Assembly: GCA_030525245.1 (NCBI GenBank)
Contig: JAUNFB010000003.1
Coordinates: forward strand, 8,424 to 72,423
Source of the DNA: Erysipelotrichia bacterium
GTDB lineage: Bacteria; Bacillota_I; Bacilli_A; Erysipelotrichales; Erysipelotrichaceae
Direction of reading: 5' to 3'
Length of the DNA: 64,000 nucleotides
Both the position numbers and the translations under genes were made by a program. The notes below the pieces were generated by a model. The model worked only from the letters and a program-made list of their open reading frames with translations, ran no database searches and was not told the DNA's origin. This document shows, one piece after another, positions 9,823 to 17,000 of the stretch (position 1 is its first letter; every line of letters begins with the position of its first letter).

Positions 9823-9846
9823 AAAAAGGACAACAGGTGTCCTTGA
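9823..9846 (-). terminator. Intrinsic terminator of the nucleotidyltransferase gene (also closes cassette copy 2)
   Basis: AAGGACA-n5-TGTCCTT. On the minus strand a T7 run follows it, and it starts 1 nt after the stop of 9847..10755. Confidence 0.7.
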
Positions 9847-10755
9847 TTATTCGATACTCCATAAGTCAAACGGATAGATATCATCTTCTTTATATTGAGT
9901 TATTCTGGCAGTTACAGCTTCTTTGTCTTGCGGATAAGTAACACCGAACCATTGGGCATCGGTTGACATCACTTTGACTTTAATCGGTTTGTGAGCAAGA
10001 ATATTCATCATGCTTACCGGAATGACTAATTCTGCTTTCGGCACTGTTAAATTGTCTTTAAGGAAGCGACAAAAGTCTTCCTGCAAATATGGATAGATAG
10101 CCGGAGTGAAACCCCAAAAATTCATTGAACATAGACCGTCTTCCAAAACTGATTCAGTGCCGTCATCATTTATGGCGACAGGTTGACCGTTTCGACGAAT
10201 TATTTTCGGTATTTCGGTTATTTTTACTAAATTTCCTTCTTTATCTTTTTGACAAATTGCTCTGGTTACCGAACCGTTGTCGGTTAAAGTTTTGGTTAAT
10301 TGGTAAGAAACCATGCCGAATAAGTGATCGTTGGCTTCGCTTTTTAAAAAGTCATACATGATTTTATACGGTTGTTTGCCATAGAAATCATCGGCATTAA
10401 TGACCATAAACGGTCCGTCAATATATGGTTGAGTAGCTAATAATGCTTGAACCGTTCCCCAAGGCTTGCTTCTTTTCGGTGGGCAAGTAAATTCATCCGG
10501 TAAATCTTTAACATCTTGATAGGCGTAAATAACTTCCATAAAAGGTCGAACTTTATTGGCAATATGCTGATCAAATAATTGCTCGTGTTCTTTACGAATT
10601 ATAAGAACTAATTTTCTGAATCCGGCTTGATAGGCATCGTAAATTGAAAAATCTATAATGCTTTCACCGTTGTTTCCTACGGTATCTATTTGTTTTAAAC
10701 CGCCGTATCTGCTTCCCAGTCCGGCCGCTAATATAACTAATATTGGTTCTGCCAT
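9847..10755 (-). CDS. Sugar-phosphate nucleotidyltransferase family protein
   Basis: N-terminal LAAGLGSRYGGLKQ (G-rich NTP-transferase loop), 302 aa. Confidence 0.75.
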   Translation of the reverse strand: MAEPILVILAAGLGSRYGGLKQIDTVGNNGESIIDFSIYDAYQAGFRKLVLIIRKEHEQLFDQHIANKVRPFMEVIYAYQDVKDLPDEFTCPPKRSKPWGTVQALLATQPYIDGPFMVINADDFYGKQPYKIMYDFLKSEANDHLFGMVSYQLTKTLTDNGSVTRAICQKDKEGNLVKITEIPKIIRRNGQPVAINDDGTESVLEDGLCSMNFWGFTPAIYPYLQEDFCRFLKDNLTVPKAELVIPVSMMNILAHKPIKVKVMSTDAQWFGVTYPQDKEAVTARITQYKEDDIYPFDLWSIE

Positions 10756-10844
10756 TTTTTTATCTCCTTCTTTTTGATTAATTATATTTTACTAATATTT
10801 ACTTTTAATCGCAATAAAAAACAGCAGTATTTTTTCTCAGCATC

Positions 10845-10873
10845 TTGCAATGAAAAGACTTTCACTATAAAAT
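10845..10873 (+). promoter_or_regulatory. Candidate sigma-A promoter
   Basis: TTGCAA (10845-10850), 17 nt, TAAAAT (10868-10873), upstream of the leader ORF. Confidence 0.45.
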
Positions 10874-10906
10874 AGTAGTAACAGATTTTGAAGGAGAACA
10901 GCAGAT

Positions 10907-11002
10907 ATGAGAAAATGCGAATATGCTGTAAATGGTAACATTCCCGGCGGGGAAACCTGCCACCTGATGGGTGGTTCCTTTAAAAATGTTAATGAGATTT
11001 AA
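10907..11002 (+). CDS. 31-codon leader-type small ORF (MRKCEYAVNGNIPGGETCHLMGGSFKNVNEI)
   Basis: GAAGGAG Shine-Dalgarno 10 nt upstream of the ATG. The TAA stop overlaps the 5' arm of the following terminator. Too short for the ORF track. Confidence 0.35.
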   Translation: MRKCEYAVNGNIPGGETCHLMGGSFKNVNEI

Positions 11003-11030
11003 GATGCTTTTTTAGTGGGCATCTTTTTTA
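11001..11030 (+). terminator. Intrinsic terminator or attenuator in front of the ankyrin/EF-G-like operon
   Basis: AAGATGC-n11-GCATCTT followed by TTTTT. Only about 10 nt separate it from the Shine-Dalgarno of the next gene. Confidence 0.55.
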
Positions 11031-11054
11031 TAAGCTAATAAGGAGATTAAGGCT

Positions 11055-11726
11055 ATGGACAATTTAGAAAAACAGTTTTTCGAGGCAGCATTTAATAACG
11101 ATATTAATGCTGTTAAAGAAACAATCGAGAAAGGTGTCAATGTGAATGTTGTTAACGAACAGCAGCGCAGTGCTCTGATGCGTGTTGCTAAACGCGGAAG
11201 AATACAGATGACAAGATTATTGTTGGATAATGGAGCAGAAGTTGATTTAAGAGATTATCATGAAAAAACAGCTTTAATGGGTGCCAGCAAAAAAGGATAT
11301 TATGAAGTAGTACAGATGCTTTTGGAAGCCGGAAGCGATGTAAATGCTTATGACTATAACAAAAACAATTCACTTATGCGTGCCAGCTTTTACGGTTTCG
11401 ATGATGTAGTAAGATTATTGTTACAATACAATGCTGATATCAATGCTCAAGATACCAAAGGAAGGACAGCATTAATGGAAGCTTGTTCGGCAGGGAATAT
11501 TGCGGTAATTGATGTGTTGCTTTCAAGAGGAGCAGATGTTAATTTACAGGACAATATGGGTTGTACAGCATTGATGCGCGTTGCTTATGCCGGATTTGAT
11601 GAATTGGTAAAACTATTAATTAACAACGGTGCAGATAAAACAATGAAAGATAATGACGGAAAAACAGCCGGTGATTATTATGCCGACAGAAATAAAAATG
11701 AAGAAATATATTGTATATTAAAGTAG
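11055..11726 (+). CDS. Ankyrin-repeat protein (about 6 repeats)
   Basis: 33-aa periodicity with TALM.A...G....V..LL..GADVN repeated six times. Confidence 0.9.
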   Translation: MDNLEKQFFEAAFNNDINAVKETIEKGVNVNVVNEQQRSALMRVAKRGRIQMTRLLLDNGAEVDLRDYHEKTALMGASKKGYYEVVQMLLEAGSDVNAYDYNKNNSLMRASFYGFDDVVRLLLQYNADINAQDTKGRTALMEACSAGNIAVIDVLLSRGADVNLQDNMGCTALMRVAYAGFDELVKLLINNGADKTMKDNDGKTAGDYYADRNKNEEIYCILK

Positions 11727-11740
11727 GAGGATAAATTTAA

Positions 11741-13795
11741 ATGAAAGAATATACGGGAAAATTTATTAAAAATGTAGCTGTTTTAGGCCATACTGGTGCC
11801 GGTAAAAGCGAAGTTTTGGAGTCAATGTTATTTAATACTAAAGTAACAGACCGTTTCGGTAAAGCCGTTGACGGCACAAGCATTATTGATTATGACCAGG
11901 AAGAAATAAAAAGAGGAATGTCGGTTTATTCTTCAATTGTTCCTATTGAATGGAAGGATTATAAAATTAATTTCATCGATACTCCGGGTTATTTAGACTT
12001 TGCCGGAGAGCAAGTTGCCGCATTGGCTGTTGCCGATTCGGTTATGATTGTTGTTAATGCCAAAGACGGTGTGCAATCGGGAACAATGAAAGCTTATCGT
12101 CAAGCTGTAAGCAAAAATTTACCTGTTTTCTTCTTTGTTACCAGAGTTGACGAAGAAAATGCCGATTATGAAAAAACTGTTAAGGAATTGGAAAAACGCT
12201 GCAAAGCATCACCGTTAGTATTGCCTATTATTGAAGGCGGTAAGGCTGTTGGAACAGTTAATGTTATTAGTGAAAAAGCTCATATCAACGGTGCCGAAGT
12301 GGAAATTCCTGATCAATTTAAGTTAGAAGTTGAAACCGGTCACCATGAGTTATGTGAAGCTATCGCTATGACTGATGATGAATTGACTGAAAAATTCTTG
12401 ATGGAAGAGCCGTTTACCGATGAAGAAATGATTAAGGGTGTTTCCAACGGTTTAAGAAATGGAGAAATTCGTCCTATTTTATGCGGTAGTGCTACTAAAT
12501 ATATCGGTATTGATGTTTTATTGGATGCTATTATTAAATATTGCCCGTCATATGTTGAAAAGGGAACTGTTACCGATGCTAACGGCAAGGTTGTTAGAAC
12601 CAGTGATGATGAATCGTTCAGTGCCTTTATCTTTAAAGTAGTTACCGATAATTTCGCTCAGGCATCTTATGTTAAAGTTATGAGCGGTGTGTTGACTATG
12701 GATACTCCTTTGTACAATACAACTGAAGAAGAAAATGAAAAATGCGGTTCTATCGTTTTGGTAAGAGGTAAGAATCAGGAAAAAGTCAGCAAATTGGAAA
12801 CAGGCGATATTGGTGCTATTTTGAAATTGAATAACACTTCAGTTAATGATACTTTAGCTACTAAAGCAAATCCAATTAAATATCAACCTATCGAATTCCC
12901 TAAGGGAATGTTAGGAAAGGCTTTATGGCCAAAGACAAGAAATGATGAAGACAAACTTTCAACCGGCTTGGCAAAATTATCAGCTGAAGATAAATCAATG
13001 AAAGTTGTCAATAATACTGAAACCAGAGAACAGGTTTTATACGGTATCGGAGATCAACATATCGATGTCATCGTTAACAAGTTAAAATCAAGATATAAAG
13101 TTGAAGTTAATTTGACTGAACCGACAGTTCAATATCGTGAAACCATTTTGGGTAAAGCGGAAGTTCAAGGTAAACATAAGAAACAATCAGGAGGTGCCGG
13201 TCAATACGGTGATGTTTGGATCAGATTCGAATCTAATCCGGAACAGGATGAAATGGTATTTGCTGAAGAGGTTGTCGGCGGTGCTGTAAGTAAGAACTTC
13301 TTCCCGGCTGTTGAAGCAGGATTAAGAGAATCAATGAATAAAGGTGTTCTTGCCGGATTTAAAGTTGTGCAAGTAAAAGCTACATTATATGATGGAAGTA
13401 TGCACCCGGTTGATTCTAAGGAAGTTGCTTTCAAGGCAGCTGCAAGATTGGCTTATAAGAAGGGTATGCCTTTAGCTAAACCGGCATTGTTGGAACCGAT
13501 TATCCGTGCGGAAGTAACTATTCCGGCTGAATATGTAGGTACGATCTATGGAGACTTCTCTAAACGCAGAGGAATGATCATGGAAAACAATGCGATTGAC
13601 GATGAAACAACAGTTATCATTGCCGAAGTACCGCAAGCGGAAATGATTAATTATGCTACCGAATTGAGAAGTATGACACAAGGTAACGGTTCATATACGT
13701 CTGAATTTATTCGCTATGAAAAGGCTCCTAAAGAAGTGGCTGATAAAGTTATTGCTGCTGCAAAGAGCAAGATGGAAGAGGACGACGAAGACTAA
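11741..13795 (+). CDS. EF-G-family translational GTPase paralogue
   Basis: 684 aa with G1 GHTGAGKS, G3 DTPGY and G4-like TRVD. Domains II-V are collinear with EF-G (HKKQSGGAGQYG, AFKAAARLAYKKG). Confidence 0.85.
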   Translation: MKEYTGKFIKNVAVLGHTGAGKSEVLESMLFNTKVTDRFGKAVDGTSIIDYDQEEIKRGMSVYSSIVPIEWKDYKINFIDTPGYLDFAGEQVAALAVADSVMIVVNAKDGVQSGTMKAYRQAVSKNLPVFFFVTRVDEENADYEKTVKELEKRCKASPLVLPIIEGGKAVGTVNVISEKAHINGAEVEIPDQFKLEVETGHHELCEAIAMTDDELTEKFLMEEPFTDEEMIKGVSNGLRNGEIRPILCGSATKYIGIDVLLDAIIKYCPSYVEKGTVTDANGKVVRTSDDESFSAFIFKVVTDNFAQASYVKVMSGVLTMDTPLYNTTEEENEKCGSIVLVRGKNQEKVSKLETGDIGAILKLNNTSVNDTLATKANPIKYQPIEFPKGMLGKALWPKTRNDEDKLSTGLAKLSAEDKSMKVVNNTETREQVLYGIGDQHIDVIVNKLKSRYKVEVNLTEPTVQYRETILGKAEVQGKHKKQSGGAGQYGDVWIRFESNPEQDEMVFAEEVVGGAVSKNFFPAVEAGLRESMNKGVLAGFKVVQVKATLYDGSMHPVDSKEVAFKAAARLAYKKGMPLAKPALLEPIIRAEVTIPAEYVGTIYGDFSKRRGMIMENNAIDDETTVIIAEVPQAEMINYATELRSMTQGNGSYTSEFIRYEKAPKEVADKVIAAAKSKMEEDDED

Positions 13796-13805
13796 TTGTA
13801 TATTT

Positions 13806-13835
13806 AAAGGCGCATCTTTACGATGGGCCTTTTTT
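13806..13835 (+). terminator. Intrinsic terminator after the EF-G paralogue
   Basis: AAAGGC..GCCTTT stem with inner pairs, followed by TTTTT. It ends 13 nt before the cutC ATG. Confidence 0.55.
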
Positions 13836-13848
13836 CGAAAGGGAAGTT

Positions 13849-14547
13849 ATGATTAACGATATTAAGATAGAAATATGTTGCGGAAGTTATGAAGATTGCT
13901 TAACGGCTTTGGAATTTCCTGTTGATCGGATTGAATTGAACAGTGCTTTGGAATTGGGTGGATTAACTCCGATGCTGGCGACTTTACAGAAAATAAAATC
14001 GCAATCGGATATACCGATATGCTGTATGGTCAGAAATCGCGGAGGTGATTTCTGCTATAGCGAACAGGAATTCGAACTGATGCTGAAAGAGGGTCAACTT
14101 TTATTGGAAAATGGTGCGGATGGTTTGGTTTTTGGCTGTTTAAAGGAAGATGAAACTATTAATTGTGTTCAATGTAGTGAAATGGTTGAATTAGCCAAAC
14201 ATTATCGTAAACAAATTGTATTTCATAAAGCTTTTGATCAAACGGATATGAACAGAAGCATTGAACAGTTGGTTTCTTTAGGTATTGATCGCATCTTGAC
14301 TTCCGGTGGGGAAAATTATCCGAATATTTTACAGGGAGCAAAGATGTTAGAAAAGCTTAATGCCGATTACGGTCACAGTATCGAAATATTGCCCGGAGGA
14401 GGAGTCAGAAAAGATAATATTTGTGATTTGTTGAAGGAAACGAATATCAAACAGGTACACATGAGTGCTTCGGTGATTAAAAAGGGATTTAAACAGGTTG
14501 ATAAGGAAAAATTAAAGGGAATATTGGATTGTCTTTACAAATTATGA
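13849..14547 (+). CDS. cutC: Copper homeostasis protein CutC family
   Basis: IEICCGSYEDCL..DRIELNSALELGGLTP is the characteristic CutC N-terminus. Length fits a TIM barrel. Confidence 0.85.
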   Translation: MINDIKIEICCGSYEDCLTALEFPVDRIELNSALELGGLTPMLATLQKIKSQSDIPICCMVRNRGGDFCYSEQEFELMLKEGQLLLENGADGLVFGCLKEDETINCVQCSEMVELAKHYRKQIVFHKAFDQTDMNRSIEQLVSLGIDRILTSGGENYPNILQGAKMLEKLNADYGHSIEILPGGGVRKDNICDLLKETNIKQVHMSASVIKKGFKQVDKEKLKGILDCLYKL

Positions 14548-14572
14548 TAATTTTGTATGTTAAAATAATTAC

Positions 14573-15121
14573 ATGAAGAAATTTTGTTTAATATTGGTAC
14601 TTTTGTTATTGTTGTTGGGGTGTCAAGAAAAGATTGTTTATGATTCACCTCAAACATCGGTCAGTGATATGAGCGGATATGGTTTGCAGAGTGAACAATT
14701 TTATACCTTGACCATTGAGGAATTTTTAGATTTAATTGCTCAAAAGAAAACGATTATTGTTTATTTCGGTTATGAAGGATGCCCTTGGTGTACTGATTTA
14801 TTGCCAATTCTTAATGAAGTGTCTATAGAAAAAGGTCTGTTGCTTTATTATATTGATTTTCATGACGAAAAAAATATGAATGATATCGAAGGCTTGGAAA
14901 AAATAGAAGAGTTGGCTGCCGATTTAATGGAAGAGGATGAACAAGGTCAGCTCAAGTTATATTTTCCGACAGTATATTATGTTCAAAAGGGTACGATTAT
15001 TCAATTGCATCAAGGTACTGTTTCCGGTCATGATGCGTCTTTGAATGATTTGACGGAAAAGCAAAAAGCGCGATTAAAATATAATTTGGAAAAAGAATTT
15101 GATAATTTGTTTAAGGAATGA
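14573..15121 (+). CDS. Thioredoxin-fold lipoprotein (CPWC)
   Basis: Lipobox LLLLGC and the CxxC motif GCPWC in a Trx-like context. Confidence 0.7.
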   Translation: MKKFCLILVLLLLLLGCQEKIVYDSPQTSVSDMSGYGLQSEQFYTLTIEEFLDLIAQKKTIIVYFGYEGCPWCTDLLPILNEVSIEKGLLLYYIDFHDEKNMNDIEGLEKIEELAADLMEEDEQGQLKLYFPTVYYVQKGTIIQLHQGTVSGHDASLNDLTEKQKARLKYNLEKEFDNLFKE

Positions 15122-15540
15122 TTATGCGAAAAAAAATTTTGATTATTACGATCTTATTGTTGCTTTTGGTGGGCTGTAAGAAGTTTACTAAAGGGGAAAT
15201 AATAACGGCCAATGCAGCCGAAATTTTGAAAAAATTGGAGAACAAAGAAAGTTTCATTGTATATATAGGATATGATGATTGCCCTTCCTGCAAAGAGTAT
15301 CGACCGGTTTTACAGCAGCTGATTGAAAATTATGCTGTTACAATTTATTATTTACCGACAGATGATGAAAAATATCAATCTGAGTTGGATGAGATTCAAT
15401 ATGATTATTTTTATCGAATGTTGTGGACTCCAAGCACTTATATCGTTGATAACGGAGAAGTAACCGATATGCGCGAAAAGGTTTTGGAATATCAGGATTT
15501 GGAAAGTTGGCTTGATGAATATGGAAAATTATCAGAGTGA
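15118..15540 (+). CDS. Thioredoxin-fold lipoprotein (CPSC), paralogue of the preceding gene
   Basis: Lipobox LLLVGC and the CxxC motif DCPSC. The start overlaps the upstream stop by 4 nt. Confidence 0.7.
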   Translation: MIMRKKILIITILLLLLVGCKKFTKGEIITANAAEILKKLENKESFIVYIGYDDCPSCKEYRPVLQQLIENYAVTIYYLPTDDEKYQSELDEIQYDYFYRMLWTPSTYIVDNGEVTDMREKVLEYQDLESWLDEYGKLSE

Positions 15541-16327
15541 AGAGATTAAATATATTATAACGGAAGACGAATTATTAAGTCAGTTGCGTCATTTGGGTAT
15601 CAGAGAAGGTATGACTTTGGAGGTTCATTGCGCATTCAGTAAGTTGGGACCGGTTATCGGCGGACCGACAGCATTGAACAATGCTTTGATCAGAGCGGTC
15701 GGAGAAGATGGCAATATTGTGATGGCTAATCAAGATTACAATAATACCGAGCCGCTTTTTTGGGAAAATCCGCCAATTGATTTTCGCTTAATGAAAAAAG
15801 TTAGAGAAAATTCTCTGGGTTTTGATGTTCGCAGCAGTGCATTGCATTTAATGGGGATATTGGTCGATGAGATGCGTTCACGTAAAGATACAAGCCGTTC
15901 ATACCACCCTAATTGTGCTTTTATTGCCTATGGAAAAGATGCGAAATATTTGATGAGCAATCAACCTTTGTCTTTTCCGTTAGGGATGAAATCTCCTTTG
16001 GGCAAAATGTATGCGATGGACAATGTTTATACATTATTGATCGGTTGTGATTATGACAATTGCACTTCTTGGCATTTGGCTCAGTACTTATCCGGTTGTT
16101 ATGGGATCATAATGCAAGGCGGATGTGTGAAAAAAGATGGTGAAAATCAATGGAAGAAGTATTTAGACTATGATATTGATTCTCATGATTTTTGTTCTAT
16201 CGGCAAATTACTGGAAAAAAATGAAATGATTAAAACAGGAAAATTGCAAGATGCGGTTTGTAAATTATTTAAGATGAGAGAAACGGTGGATTTTGCCTGT
16301 GATTTTTTAAGGAGTAAGTATGAATGA
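15515..16327 (+). CDS. AAC(3)-family (Antibiotic_NAT) N-acetyltransferase-like protein
   Basis: LRHLGIREGMTLEVHCAFSKLGPVIGGPTALNNAL and the later CTSWHLA resemble aminoglycoside 3-N-acetyltransferases. The start is ambiguous (TTG 15512, ATG 15515 or 15521) and overlaps the upstream gene. Confidence 0.7.
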   Translation: MNMENYQSEEIKYIITEDELLSQLRHLGIREGMTLEVHCAFSKLGPVIGGPTALNNALIRAVGEDGNIVMANQDYNNTEPLFWENPPIDFRLMKKVRENSLGFDVRSSALHLMGILVDEMRSRKDTSRSYHPNCAFIAYGKDAKYLMSNQPLSFPLGMKSPLGKMYAMDNVYTLLIGCDYDNCTSWHLAQYLSGCYGIIMQGGCVKKDGENQWKKYLDYDIDSHDFCSIGKLLEKNEMIKTGKLQDAVCKLFKMRETVDFACDFLRSKYE

Positions 16328-17000
16328 TTTAAAATGTTTTAAGGGTGTCATCTTTGATATGGATGGTTTGCTGGTAGACTCGGAAAGGTTCAGCAAGCAT
16401 CTATATAGGGAAATCTTTAATGATTTAAATGTGCATTTTGATAATAATATTTTCAAAAATGTATTGGGTTTGAGTCGTCAAGCCGAAAGTCAATATTTGG
16501 AGGAACTCTTTGGAAGTGCGACTAAAGTGGAACAATTCTATGATCTTTATTCGAAAAAATTATATGATTCTTATAAGGAAAGTAAAATACCTCTGAAGCA
16601 AGGAGCGGAACAGTTATTATTCTGGTTAAAGGAAAAAGAAATCCCATTTGCTTTGGCTACATCTTCACCTTTAGGAGCAGTGAAGTTGGCTTTTTGTAAT
16701 CGAAATATTTCTTTGTCTGATTTTACTTCTGTTATTACTGCTGACGATATCACTAAAAGCAAACCCGATCCGCAAATATTTTTAAAGGCTGCCGATAAAA
16801 TACATTGTTCAATCGAAGACTGTGTCATTCTGGAAGATTCTTATAATGGGATAATGGCAGCGATTGCTTCCGGAGGAATTCCTATGCTGGTTATTGACTT
16901 ATATAATCCTGATGAAGAAGTAACGAAAAAAGTTAAATACATTAAAAATAATTTGTCGGAAGTATTGAATCTGTTGCAGGAGACCTATGCGACAAATTAA
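16320..17000 (+). CDS. HAD-IA phosphatase (beta-phosphoglucomutase-like)
   Basis: Motif I IFDMDGLLVDSE and motif IV-like LEDSYNG. The start overlaps the upstream stop. Confidence 0.8.
   Translation: MNDLKCFKGVIFDMDGLLVDSERFSKHLYREIFNDLNVHFDNNIFKNVLGLSRQAESQYLEELFGSATKVEQFYDLYSKKLYDSYKESKIPLKQGAEQLLFWLKEKEIPFALATSSPLGAVKLAFCNRNISLSDFTSVITADDITKSKPDPQIFLKAADKIHCSIEDCVILEDSYNGIMAAIASGGIPMLVIDLYNPDEEVTKKVKYIKNNLSEVLNLLQETYATN

Noticed and set aside
10907-11002. The Cys-containing 31-aa small ORF as a RiPP or SCIFF-type precursor peptide.
   Set aside because: There is no radical-SAM enzyme, cyclase, protease or exporter next to it. It has only two Cys residues, and its position (stop codon inside a terminator stem, directly before an operon) fits a leader peptide better.
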